DNA of 64,000 bases from positions 1 through 64,000 of the forward strand of contig JAUCBJ010008295.1 of NCBI GenBank assembly GCA_032718475.1, given 5' to 3'. Position numbers and translations under genes: made by a program. This DNA comes from Nemertoderma westbladi. Its lineage: Eukaryota; Animalia; Xenacoelomorpha. The notes beneath the pieces were generated by a model. That model did no database searches. It was not told the DNA's origin and worked only from the letters and a program-made list of their open reading frames with translations. Below, piece after piece: positions 50,787 through 63,863 of the stretch; position 1 is the first letter of the stretch, and each line of letters begins with the position of its first letter.

Positions 50787-52433
50787 TATCGTTCGGAGTG
50801 GGCGTGTGACTCTATTATTTTATATTATTTTATTATTTTTATATTTATGTATGTATTACTTTGTAATTTTATTATAATCGTTTTATTTAATTTAGTAGAA
50901 TATTATTTAGTGATTATTTAGTAGAATAGTGCAATATGTTCGTGTTCATTGCGTACGTAATTACTTATATTATATTTAGTGCGACGGCGAGAAATAATTC
51001 TTTTTCTCTTTCCTTACTGTCCGTATTATATTATAAATACGTAACTACAGTAAGATGAAATGTCCGTACTTATTAAAGTACAATAAAGCCACTACTATAT
51101 TTAAGTATTATTGGTAGGCAGAGTATTAGGAATGCAAAGTTCAGATCCTCGTGTCTCGGCTAAACCAAGCTCTGGGTAGACCTTGGAAACGACTTGCCTC
51201 TTCACACTGACATTGCTTCGTGCGATATTGCTCTCATACCGTATATTAAATAATACATATAGTAGCGTGATGTCCCTTTAACAGTAGCGTATAACGCAAA
51301 ATAAATCTGTTAAACCCTTTGACCATCTGTAATTCTAGTCGATTAAGATATCGCGGCATCCACCGATATACTTGAAAGACAAATTCTAGAATCAGTGGTT
51401 AACGTCCCCAGACAAGTTCTGGAATAAATCGGTGCCCATCTCAAATATTAATTATTTAATATTTGCAAATCTAATAAATCAAAATCTGTAAAATTCAGAT
51501 CCTTCAACAATTCTAGTCAATTAAGATATCGTAGCATTTACCGATATTCTTAAAAAGACAATTTTCATAGAATTAAGGATCTTGTGTCCCCAGACATATT
51601 CTAGAATCAAGATATGTCCATCTAATTAGTAAATAATAAAATTTCAGGGAATAATTTAAATTCATGCCTTTTAATGAATTTAATAAATTGCCATTTTTAC
51701 GCAATTTATAACATTCCCAAAATTCCATTAATTAATAGATCACGGGAGCGGAGATTTATCTTCTTATGCGTATGAGTGTGCGAAAGTCTCCCAAACATAG
51801 TCAATAGCCTATAAAATTCATAAAGTCATGTATCAAACAGGACATTGACTATTAAAGAATACTATTAAATAACATCCCAGATCTGTATGCATTGGAATTA
51901 CCCTAATTCTACCGCTAGCTTTGCATAATGTCACCATAGCAACAACCACGCTAAAATTAGAATTGAGTTAAAAGAACAATAGAAAGCTTGTCCCATTGAA
52001 TAGCATAGGGAATAAATAGCGCACTGCTAGTATCCAAGGATACATAATAATACAGTGACATTCTGGAAGGCATTGACTAACGGACAAATGGCCCGAATGT
52101 GTGTAGTTGTGACCAGTTGTGTGATATTTGTGAGTTTATAGGTGAATGTTACTGCTAAAGTGTGTTTACAGTAGCTAGTCGCAATCGTGAAAGTAACCTA
52201 ACTCTCCAAGGAAAACCTGAAGTACATCTAAGCCTTTGGGACGGACAGTTGAGTGACTTGTGCCGGTTATCGTTGTCGTTGTACGGCTACGTCGTTGGCA
52301 AAAGTACAGCGACAGCGGTATATCGGCGCTGAGGATCTCACACTGTCCGGGGGCAAGGGAGAAGTAGGCAGCGACGCCCACTCGCCTAATAAATATAAAC
52401 TCATTATAATATTGGTGAACTCGTATAGCAGAT

Positions 52434-52811
52434 ATGACTGAATTAATAGAAGATGATCTTGGTATCAGGGAGAGATATACTCTACCTTTACAAGCGTTTG
52501 TCGATAGCTTGATACGCGGCGACGCTGATCCAACTACTACGGAGGACGATGGTCGTTATATCGAACCGCCAATGTCCCAGGAGCAACTTACGCGTGAATT
52601 GGACTATAGAAAATTCACTGCTCGCTATACGCATCGTAATGGTACGTATATGGACTTCCTGGCTACTGGTCATCCTATTGATTTACACGACACCGACGAT
52701 GTCGACACCGAAAGGGAAATGGTTTTATTTAAATATCATACCCAGCGGAGTCGAAACGACAAATCGAGAATAGAACACGAGAACTCTATTCGAAATCAAC
52801 TCGAAGGATAG
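52434..52811 (+). CDS. Small 3' accessory ORF (125 aa), unknown function
   Basis: ATG-initiated. The first ~90 aa are conserved in E2 (18811-19116). Confidence 0.55.
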   Translation: MTELIEDDLGIRERYTLPLQAFVDSLIRGDADPTTTEDDGRYIEPPMSQEQLTRELDYRKFTARYTHRNGTYMDFLATGHPIDLHDTDDVDTEREMVLFKYHTQRSRNDKSRIEHENSIRNQLEG

Positions 52812-53639
52812 AACGTGGAAGAAGGTTGATGCGGACAAATAAAGGAGAACCACTGGAGAAGAGACATGGGTTAATGTCCAGGGTCCATAATGTGAATAGT
52901 TTTCCCCGGGGCACGGGTGCTCGCGGGCGGTCTCCTTCGGGAGGCTGTAACTTTCCCTTCCTTCATCGTTTTCCTGTAATTATTGTGATCAGTGTCACAA
53001 TTAAAAGGCAAGAATGAATGATGATGTGACGGAAAACACATCCATTGTGGTATCTTATGGATACTATCGTATATCCTCCCTCCTCTCTACTCCTCTTACC
53101 CTCTTATACGTTGTTACTAAAGATACGACATATTTCATCCCACCTTCTCTTCCCAACGTGCTCGGAGCTTCGGGAAACGAGCACTAAACTCCCATCCCTT
53201 ACCGTTTATTTGTATGCTAATATTGGTGTCCGCACCTCCTGTCCATGTGTCCTTCTGTTGATATTTATGATATCAACTTCCACCCTCTCGTTGTTGATTA
53301 GATAATCAACCACCAAGGATTTCCTTAAATCCACAACCGTGATACAAGGACTGAAAGGACACGCAGTTAGTAGGTGAACAACTGGTACCATTGTGTGTCA
53401 TAAATCTGGTTGTTCACCTCCCTCAATGATTGGAGATATAAATCTTATAATCTGTGGAACAACTGAGGCATTGAACTGGTTGTTCCCTCATCGCAATGGG
53501 GATAAATTCAGTTGGAGATAGTCCTCGAATGTTACAATCCTCCTACTGAGATCGTATTTCTGAATATTTAGAATGCGAAATAGTTTTTCCTCTGCTCTAC
53601 CATCGCTGTCGGAGAACATATTAGGCATACAACAGGAAT

Positions 53640-55415
53640 ATGGAGAACATTCCATACCCTTTCGTTGATACTCAGCTGATTGCTCCTTGGGCCGAAGGCC
53701 GAGGTTTCTTTCGCACTATGTATGCCAATACACCCAGCGACATTACTAAAGTACAACGGACATCCATCGGACATCTTGCCTTTCAAGAATATGGATGGAA
53801 CTTCAAAGTTGGAAATCCTATCAATTACCAGCAGGTATATGGAGATCATTACTCTCGTTTATATTTTGATGGACCATTAACTGCGCCTGGTGCCGTATAT
53901 AGCTTTATGAGTGTTCCACTTCGCCCTTCCTTAGCTATATACACGATCTTTGAAAACGCAGCACTTGCCGGTTGGCTAGCCGATGTGTGCAGTCGTACCA
54001 TACGCGCTCATCCCTTAATACTTGGAACTAAACTCGCCAAGTTAGACGAACACAATAAGTTCATACGTTTCGAATGTTTCCGGCGCTTTCTGACTCCGTT
54101 CCGTAACGTTGATAGTCAGTTCAAGGACCGCGCGCTGACCAAACTCAGTCTGAGAGACTAAGCTGCGGAGAAACTGAGTAGCGCTGGATTTGCCGTGTTT
54201 CAAGACGTTTGTATACAGAACTTACATTCATCTGTTATACAAAGACCCCGAATACCTACAGGTTATTCTGTCGTGGAAATACAGACAGTGGATCCACTTA
54301 CTGAGACAGACGCACCCACTTCGTCTATACAGCTGGAGGATGAACCAGTGTGCTTGGAATCAGAAGCGATTCAGCCTACAACTTCCCGGAGCAGTGACAA
54401 TGATTATGTCATAGAGTGGTATCAAGGTCCACAGCGTCTCACAGCGTACGATTATCGACACGCCAACTACGTTTCTCGAAAACGTTGTCGATTATGCGCA
54501 TCGAGAGACCACTTCACTCCTCTAGACTCGAGCGTACCTTGTTCCTATTTCCTCGAACAACCGATGATGGAAATATATTGTGATTATTGCCGGCTTAATA
54601 ACTCCCATATATTTGCCGTCTGCCCACAATTTATGACTCAATGTCACTACTGTCAACTTAAAGGACATGAAAGTTACAATTGTCCCTTTAATCGCGATTT
54701 AGAGAGCGTAGACGAGATGATCACCCTGCGATACATCCGAGCTTGGGAAGCGAACGCAGATTTACATTGCGAATCCCGACATCGCTATTACCCTGGACGA
54801 GCTTACGAGGGAGTTTACGCGTTCCATCCTTATCTATTCGCGTCGATTGAACAGAAAACACGCGTACCAAGTTACGAGTTAATGAAGCGTGTTGGTGAGT
54901 GTATTTCCACCAAGTTTGTCAGGAAATACCTTAGAAACGTTAACCCTAATGATATAACCACATATCACCTGATCAATTTTATCCGTCAGGACCCTGAGTA
55001 TGGCGACATCTTTGTGAACTCGCATCCTGAACTACAGGAAATATCTCGGCGACCATATGAATATCGAACCCGAGAACGCGAGCTGGAGAGAACCATTAAA
55101 CCGAGAAAGTTCCTCACCACTCACGGTCCACCCGCCGCTAGTGTCCAGACGACCCGTCAAGGACCCGTAGGAGCTGCTGTCCTGAGACGCGCTCTAAAGG
55201 CCGTTAGACCTCGCTCCACTGAGGTTGATATTAATCAACCAGGTACTTCGACCGGCGGGTATACCGATCGTAACCCTACACCTTCTGATGCAATTGTATT
55301 GCACCCTTCGCCTCGGAGCTACAGCCCTCCTCGTAAAGTGGCTCGCCCCAAAGAGAAAAGGACTCTTGCTGGACTCGGGAAACTGCGTAAACGCCGTCCG
55401 CGTAAGAAAGACTAA
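53640..55415 (+). CDS. 3' accessory Cys/His zinc-knuckle protein with a basic C-terminus, split by one in-frame TAA at 54159-54161
   Basis: ORFs 53640-54161 and 54195-55415 are in the same frame and the frame is open between them. Motifs are CRLCASRDH, CDYCRLNNSHIFAVC and CHYCQLKGHESYNC, and the protein ends KLRKRRPRKKD. Confidence 0.7.
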
Positions 55416-55485
55416 CTGTTTAGAGTATCTTTAGGTTTTAGAAACTGTGATTTTTGTATTTTATAGACTGAAAATCCCATTTTCT

Positions 55486-55493
55486 GGGAGCGG
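55486..55493 (+). promoter_or_regulatory. Polypurine tract
   Basis: GGGAGCGG directly abuts the 3' LTR and is identical in E2. Confidence 0.75.
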
Positions 55494-56716
55494 TGTAAAA
55501 GCCTTTGCTGAATTGCCCCGTTATTTTTATTATCTTTTACATTAAAATACTCTGTAGTTGATTTAATAGGTGTAAGAGACCGTATTATTGCTGTATCGGT
55601 GTTTTTTAGAGGATCTAAGACCTATTTCCTCCGTATGTGTACTGTGAAAGGCATAGTTGATGATTCTATGGCAATTCCATGACGCAAAGGGTGATAGCTA
55701 CTCTTGAACAGTAGTTACTATGACTACGGTTAACAGCTGATATTCATACGTGTTGATTTTCTTTGTTCTACGGCGTCTCTCAGTTCAGTCAGCCAATCAG
55801 AGCATTTTTATGGCTCTTGTAGAGAAATTTCCTAGAAATCACGTAATGCTTTATGGGCAGTGTTGACATTCTGTCCTGAGCCAGGAGAGAGCGGCTTGGA
55901 AATATTTTGTGCTTTTCTGTTTTAGCTTAACACTAGTAGGCTTAATTATAAGGACATATATCCGTTATCAAACTAATGAACTAAACACACAACACTTAAT
56001 ATCTTACTGACACTGCATACTGTGTAACACTGTGCATACTTTATATTGTTATACTGCTATTTACTGTCGGTCCTTCATAATATGGTTGATGAATTATTAT
56101 ATTTGGAATAACGATAAATAACCCCGAAACCCAATATTCTTGATATACCGAAGGTAAGAGAGAAAGGTTACATATAACGATTGTGACTTATGTTAAAGTG
56201 GTTTGAAGTGAATCTAATGTTATTTGATAGACCCTACATGAGTCAGTCTGTGTTCCTTTTATATGTGACTAAAATCAGTGAAGATCGGCAGATTAGTGTG
56301 CAGTATTGTGCAGCATTGTGTATGAGTGAGACTGATAACGAAGCATTTCCTAAAGAATGCGCCATATATGTGAATTATAACTAAGCCATATCGTTGTGAG
56401 TAGTTTAAGTCATAACTCTGTTTTTATAGATAGAGCGCCACGTCCTAAAGGAACTGTTAATACTTCCCGAAGGTGAATAATATTGTCAGAGATTATATAA
56501 TACTGTCAGTCGAATAATACATTAGGCTTACATAGCAATAAGATTAAGCCGTCGAACCCAATCTCCCGGGTATATCCAGCGGGTGAATGATCGCGCACAG
56601 ATTGGTTTCGACTAGTGTAGTGAATTAAATACTTGTCATAGGCTAAAAGTGATTTATTATCTAGAAGACATCCTAATTTGGCGGGTTAAACTGCCAAAGG
56701 TCTGAAAGCGCGAACA
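55494..56716 (+). repeat. 3' LTR of E3
   Basis: Direct repeat of 40225-41447. Confidence 0.97.
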
Positions 56717-59700
56717 ACACTCAATCACTTGTATTTCCACACTCAATCACTTTTATTTACACACTCAATCACTTTTATTTACGCACTCAATCACTTGTAT
56801 TTCCACACTCAATCACTTTTATTTACACACTCAATCACATTTATTTACACACTCAATCACTTGTATTTCCACACTCAATCACTTTTATTTACACACTCAA
56901 TCACTTGTATTTCCACACTCAATCACTTTTATTTACACACTCATTCACTTTTATTTACACACTCAATCACTTTTATTTACACACTCAATCACTTGTATTT
57001 CCACACTCAATCACTTTTATTTACACACTCAATCACTTTTATTTACACACTCAATCACTTTTATTTACACACTCAATCACTTGTATTTCCACACTCAATC
57101 ACTTTTATTTACACACTCAATCACTTGTATTTCCACACTCAATCACTTTTATTTACACACTCAACCACTTTTATTTACACACTCAATCACTTTTATTTAC
57201 ACACTCAATCACATTTATTTACACACTCAATCACTTGTATTTCCACACTCAATCACTTGTATTTCCACACTCAATCACTTTTATTTACACAGTCAATCAC
57301 TTTTATTTACACACTCAATCACTTGTATTTCCACACTCAATCACTTTTATTTACATACTCAATCACTTTTATTTACACACTCAATCACTTTTATTTACAC
57401 ACTCAATCACTTGTATTTCCACACTCAATCACTTTTATTTACACACTCAATCACTTTTATTTACACACTCAATCACATTTATTTACACACTCAATCACTT
57501 TTATTTACACACTCAATCACTTGTATTTCCACACTCAATCACTTTTATTTACACACTCAATCACTTTTATTTACGCACTCAATCACTTGTATTTCCACAC
57601 TCAATCACTTTTATTTACACACTCAATCACATTTATTTACACACTCAATCACTTGTATTTCCACACTCAATCACTTTTATTTACACACTCAATTACTTGT
57701 ATTTCCACACTCAATCACTTTTATTTACACACTCATTCACTTTTATTTACACACTCAATCACTTTTATTTACACACTCAATCACTTGTATTTCCACACTC
57801 AATCACATTTATTTACACACTCAATCACTTTTATTTACACACTCAATCACTTTTATTTACACACTCAATCACTTTTATTTACACACTCAATCACTTTTAT
57901 TTACACACTCAATCACTTGTATTTCCACACTCAATCACTTTTATTTACACACTCAATCACTTTTATTTACACACTCAATCACTTTTATTTACACACTCAA
58001 TCACTTTTATTTACACACTCAATCACTTGTATTTCCACACTCAATCACTTTTATTTACACACTCAATCACTTTTATTTACACACTCAATCACTTTTATTT
58101 ACACACTCAATCACATTTATTTACACACTCAATCACTTGTATTTCCACACTCAATCACTTGTATTTCCACACTCAATCACTTTTATTTACACAGTCAATC
58201 ACTTTTATTTACACACTCAATCACTTGTATTTCCACACTCAATCACTTTTATTTACATACTCAATCACTTTTATTTACACACTCAATCACTTTTATTTAC
58301 ACACTCAATCACTTGTATTTCCACACTCAATCACTTTTATTTACACACTCAATCACTTTTATTTACACACTCAATCACTTGTATTTCCACACTCAATCAC
58401 TTTTATTTACACACTCAATCACTTGTATTTCCACACTCAATCACTTTTATTTACACACTCATTCACTTTTATTTACACACTCAATCACTTTTATTTACAC
58501 ACTCAATCACTTGTATTTCCACACTCAATCACATTTATTTACACACTCAATCACTTTTATTTACACACTCAATCACTTTTATTTACACACTCAATAACTT
58601 TTATTTACACACTCAATCACTTGTATTTACACACTCAATCACTTTTATTTCCACACTCAATCACTTTTATTTACACACTCAATCACTTTTATTTACACAC
58701 TCAATCACTTTTATTTACACACTCAATCACTTGTATTTCCACACTCAATCACTTTTATTTACACACTCAATCACTTTTATTTACACACTCAATCACTTTT
58801 ATTTACACACTCAATCACATTTATTTACACACTCAATCACTTGTATTTCCACACTCAATCACTTGTATTTCCACACTCAATCACTTTTATTTACACAGTC
58901 AATCACTTTTATTTACACACTCAATCACTAGTATTTCCACACTCAATCACTTTTATTTACATACTCAATCACTTTTATTTACACACTCAATCACTTTTAT
59001 TTACACACTCAATCACTTGTATTTCCACACTCAATCACTTTTATTTACACACTCAATCACTTTTATTTACACACTCAATCACTTTTATTTACACACTCAA
59101 TCACTTTTATTTACACACTCAATCACTTGTATTTCCACACTCAATCACTTTTATTTACACACTCAATCACTTTTATTTACGCACTCAATCACTTGTATTT
59201 CCACACTCAATCACTTTTATTTACACACTCAATCACATTTATTTACACACTCAATCACTTGTATTTCCACACTCAATCACTTTTATTTACACACTCAATC
59301 ACTTGTATTTCCACACTCAATCACTTTTATTTACACACTCATTCACTTTTATTTACACACTCAATCACTTTTATTTACACACTCAATCACTTGTATTTCC
59401 ACACTCAATCACATTTATTTACACACTCAATCACTTTTATTTACACACTCAATCACTTTTATTTACACACTCAATCACTTTTATTTACACACTCAATCAC
59501 TTGTATTTACACACTCAATCACTTTTATTTCCACACTCAATCACTTTTATTTACACACTCAATCACTTTTATTTACACACTCAATCACTTTTATTTACAC
59601 ACTCAATCACTTGTATTTCCACACTCAATCACTTTTATTTACACACTCAATCACTTTTATTTACACACTCAATCACTTTTATTTACACACTCAATCACTT

Positions 59701-59742
59701 GTATTTCCACACTCAATCACTTTTATTTACACACTCAATCAC
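56717..59742. repeat. 22-bp satellite, right arm
   Basis: Same unit as 37188-40224, resuming in phase after the TSD. Confidence 0.98.
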
Positions 59743-60933
59743 CTAACCACTTGACCTAACCAAATTAGTTTACTAGTGAAGATCCGCAGTGGGCACACCT
59801 GGGCGGGTGTGGGCCACTCGGAATCGACGAGGCGGCGGCCGCGGCCGCGGCGCACATATTGACATTTGGCGTATGTACATTTCTTACAGTAGGTATACTT
59901 AATATGAGCATGCATAAAGAAGAAAGTGTTGGCGATGTATCTGAAAAATAAAAAAAATTAACGTTGCTCTTTGTCTCTCAAGTTGATCTGGATTGCGACA
60001 ATGTGATACTTTTTCACTCCTGCAATAATTCAGGTGGTTTGATGAGACTGCTTAGAGCTGTAGAGAGGAGAGGGGGGGGGGGGGGGGGGGGGGGGGCTGC
60101 TTAAGTCTTGTGGATATTGTATAGTCTTGGTTTATTTTTAATTATACTGCATTCATCCCTATTGTTATATTATTCCTAACCCCCCCCCCCCCCCCCCCCC
60201 CCATCTGATTATATTAATTACTTAATATTATATAATCTATGTGCAATAAATTAGTTATGAACTAAAGTGTCGTGATACTACACAAAAAGAGAGAATGTAA
60301 CAAAGAAATGGAAAGAAAGGCAATGTTATAATAAATGGATTTGTGTTATGTAATACTCTGTAGCAGCTGCTGGCTCCGAGGTAACTCTTGTACAGTAATT
60401 TTGTATAGCTGGGACTGACTATCTCTGGGTAGTATATTGAAGAAAAAGTCTGTGAAGAAGAGATAGTGTTTACTTTTAACTTTGATTTATGTTGTTTGCC
60501 TGGGGCGTCCTTCCGGTTCAATGAGATATTGGGTAGATTTATTACATTGCAAGACTGTTTGATGACTTAGAAAATGATCGCCTGAGTTCAGGAGTTAGTT
60601 GCACAGATGTCAGGATGTGCTGATTCTATATCATCCTCTAACTGCAGAACGGATTCTGGTAGCGTGGAACTAGACCACCTGACCACTACAAAAACTGATG
60701 CGACGGAGCGAGGTGCCGTTAGCCTAACATTTCTCGGAGGCTGGTCCGATAACACTCAACGCATTGTTTGGTTGGACATTGACATTATTGCAGAACATTG
60801 TACATTATTACATACTGATTAGTATGTATTGAGAAATTGGATATATTCGGACGTCAATGGATGGATAGGTTTGGTTTGGGAAACTAATATCACGTAGACC
60901 TACCTAATCATATCTTTGTGATAATTATTACTA

Positions 60934-61250
60934 GATGCACTGGCCCCCAGCCACCTTCAACAAACCATCATTGTCGGGGGGCACTCAGCTGAGGGGGCGG
61001 AGCGCATTAAAAACTCTAAGTATCGCGACCTAATGGACCGGGGCCATTTCTTTCACCCTGTGGCCTTTGAGACCTTTGGCCGCCCTGGTCCAGAGACATC
61101 CACCTTCCTCCGGGAGATCGGGGCTCGTCTCCACAGTGCACCCACGAACCGCGGTCACACCAGTTTCTGCTCCAGCACCTGGAGATGGCAATTTTGGTTG
61201 GTAATGCAGCCTCAGGCATGGGGACAGCAACCACGCCGACCATCGGTCTA
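60934..61250 (+). mobile_element. Short 3' fragment of a CRE-like non-LTR retrotransposon (RLE endonuclease end)
   Basis: DALAPSH...AEGAERIKNSKYRDL...FFHPVAFETFG, then after a frameshift FLLQHLEMAILVGNAAS.MGT. Confidence 0.72.
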
Positions 61251-61731
61251 TTCGGGGACTGAAGAGCCGAAACCAATCGAAACTGTCGAAATGGTTGCCA
61301 ATGCAGTCACCAACGGGATGACGGCCGAAGATAATCAATATTCAATACTCTATCTTATGCAATCTCAAATATTCAATTCGGTACTCCACCTTCAATTCAA
61401 TATTAATTCAATCTTAGTATTATTTCTGTGCTTCGTTATTTAATAATATGACTACTGTAGATAAAAAAATAAATTAATGAAATATAATTCATCTGTTAAT
61501 TATTACAAAAAAAAATCCAAAATTATATTAACATTTATATAGTTTTGAATTAAATGTTTCGAAATCAACAGTCATTCAATGAACTTATACAGCAGTGTCA
61601 TATATCGCGTATCCCTTGGTTTAATCACTATTCTTTATTCGAGTATAACTGAATCCTGGCCCGCCGCCTTCACCCTCCACTGATAATTTAAAATCGTAAC
61701 TCATTCAATCTTTGACGAAATTATATCAAAC

Positions 61732-63321
61732 TTGGTAAACTTGATAACTACCCCTGAAACTACCATAAGTACCCATGAAACTAACATAACTACCCCTGAA
61801 ACTAACGAAACTAACATAACTACCCCTGAAACTACCATAAGTACCCATGAAACTAACATAACTACCCCTGATACTAACGAAACTAACATAACTACCCCTG
61901 AAACGACCATAAGTACCCATGGTACTAACATAAATACCCCTGAAACTAACAAAACTAACATAACTACCCCTGGAACTAATATAACTACCCCGGAACCTAC
62001 CCCTTCCACCCCAGTCTGTAATAATATAACTACCTCAGTAACTTATAATACTAAACTAGCACCAAACACTACACCTAACCCCGTTTTCTCAGATCCAATA
62101 ATAACGACCCCAATATCTAACCTTACACCTCCTGATTCCAACATCAATATTCCAGAAACCATCCTATCTATCTCAGATCCTAATAGAACCATAACTAACG
62201 AAACTACCTCAACCTCGGATCCAAACATAACCCCCCCAGACGATAATACAACTTACCCTATTCCATTCTACAAACGGTTTGTTGACGACAGCTATGGTAT
62301 AGTACAACGTATATTAAGTGAACAGGACATTCACAACATACAGAAAATCACTAACTCCTCTTGTAACGACTTATTCCAAAACTCTGATATACAATTCACC
62401 ATTGAATACTCCCACACATCACTCCCATTCCTTGACGTCTTGACACAGATTAACAACGAAACACTAACAACTACATTATACAAAAAACCAACTAGCAATA
62501 AACTCCCGATTCACTACAATAGCTTCCATGATAAGAAATTACTACTATCCGTAATTCGCAGCCAACTCCTACGCATCCACCGCAGATGTAGCGAGTCTAA
62601 CGACTATACCAAACTCAGAGACGAATTCCTTGGCGAATGTCTACTCAGGCAGTACCCCCAGAACCTCCTTAACAAACTTAGACATTGGACTCCCCAAACT
62701 AGACCTAAAGACACTAACTCGAAACCCACATTTTACCTATCCACTAACCAACAGATGAAGGGCATATTCCAAAATACTGTACGTAGATACTCCAAAAACT
62801 ACGACCTTGACATCAACATTAATGTAGTCACGAAGAATCCCACATCACTAGGACAAATACTAACCAAAAATAAAACTCAATCGCAAACACACACAAATAA
62901 CACCACTAATGAGCCATGTAACTCTAGCCGCTGCCTTACATGCAAAACTATCACTAACATACAACAGACACCATGGGGTGAAAAGATAAAAGGACACTAT
63001 ACATGTAAGTCCCACACTGTATGTTACTTGGCCTGGTGCCACTGCCACCCTACTCTATACTACATAGGCCAAACGAGACAGAAACTTCACGAACGCTTTA
63101 ATGGACACCGCAACAACATACGACACTACCCCTCACGAGCCAATGACGGAAAAACACACGAAGACATACTCCTAGCTAGGCACATATACGGTTGTGGTTT
63201 AGAAAATCTACGCACCGCAACCATAAAACAATTCACAAACATACCCGAACTACTAGCGACGGAAGCTAACCTAATCTATACCTACAACCCCCCACTTAAC
63301 GTAGCAAGACCAGCAATCTAA
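61732..63321 (+). CDS. Penelope-like RT (C-terminal half) plus GIY-YIG endonuclease, preceded by Thr/Asn-rich repeats
   Basis: 529-codon open frame carrying the motifs above. It has no ATG start and the upstream RT motifs are disrupted. Confidence 0.8.
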   Translation: MVNLITTPETTISTHETNITTPETNETNITTPETTISTHETNITTPDTNETNITTPETTISTHGTNINTPETNKTNITTPGTNITTPEPTPSTPVCNNITTSVTYNTKLAPNTTPNPVFSDPIITTPISNLTPPDSNINIPETILSISDPNRTITNETTSTSDPNITPPDDNTTYPIPFYKRFVDDSYGIVQRILSEQDIHNIQKITNSSCNDLFQNSDIQFTIEYSHTSLPFLDVLTQINNETLTTTLYKKPTSNKLPIHYNSFHDKKLLLSVIRSQLLRIHRRCSESNDYTKLRDEFLGECLLRQYPQNLLNKLRHWTPQTRPKDTNSKPTFYLSTNQQMKGIFQNTVRRYSKNYDLDININVVTKNPTSLGQILTKNKTQSQTHTNNTTNEPCNSSRCLTCKTITNIQQTPWGEKIKGHYTCKSHTVCYLAWCHCHPTLYYIGQTRQKLHERFNGHRNNIRHYPSRANDGKTHEDILLARHIYGCGLENLRTATIKQFTNIPELLATEANLIYTYNPPLNVARPAI

Positions 63322-63816
63322 ACCCAACGTTTTATATAATACAACCTATATTCTATATCTTACACAACTACAGTGCCCTTATAGCGAATTTCAGGGGTTT
63401 TTTATGTGCTTTTCCCCTACCTTCATTTTTGTTTTTGTCTTAGTTTTTCTGTTTCTTGTGATTTCTTACTCTGTAAAAATTACAGCTATCACTATGATGC
63501 GTTTTAAGTAGATACCTCATAATCCTATGTAACCTACCTAATCCAATTGTACCATTCAGTATGTAGACACATGACCACTCCTGGGATTTCCCTATCAACT
63601 TCTCCCAACCTTATAACCCAACCTGCAACCCTATATTTGTACTTTAGATTGACAGCTTACAACCAACTCGGTGTACTTTCCCTATCACAATTACCTTACG
63701 TTATATATTACATACATACACGTTAACCTTTCTGGGATTTACCTATCAGGTATTCATTCCCCTTTAAAACTTATATATATATATATAGACCCCCACCTTT
63801 TCCTGTTAGTTGCCAG

Positions 63817-63863
63817 TACATAGTCTGATGCAGACCGGTAGGTCGAAAACGTTTACTATTGTA
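63817..63863 (+). ncRNA. Minimal type I hammerhead ribozyme (variant core)
   Basis: TACATAGT-CTGATG(C)A-GACC ggta GGTC-GAAA-ACGT-TT-ACTATTGTA gives stem I, the core, stem II and palindromic stem III. Confidence 0.7.

Larger units (their letters stand above)
40225..56716 (+). mobile_element. BEL/Pao LTR retrotransposon copy E3, 16.5 kb, RT core deleted, with 3' accessory ORFs
   Basis: Two 1223-bp LTRs (only 2 differences noticed by eye), 5-bp TSD ACACT (40220-40224, 56717-56721), gag-PR, RNase H-IN and PPT. Confidence 0.97.

Noticed and set aside
53640-55415. env gene
   Set aside because: No evident signal peptide or C-terminal transmembrane segment. It has zinc knuckles and a basic tail instead.
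60072-60203. Poly-G and poly-C tracts forming an inverted pair
   Set aside because: Homopolymers only, with no supporting TSD or further complementarity seen.
60255-60822. Short ORFs or possible host exons
   Set aside because: No recognisable homology or consistent splice frame could be established by eye.
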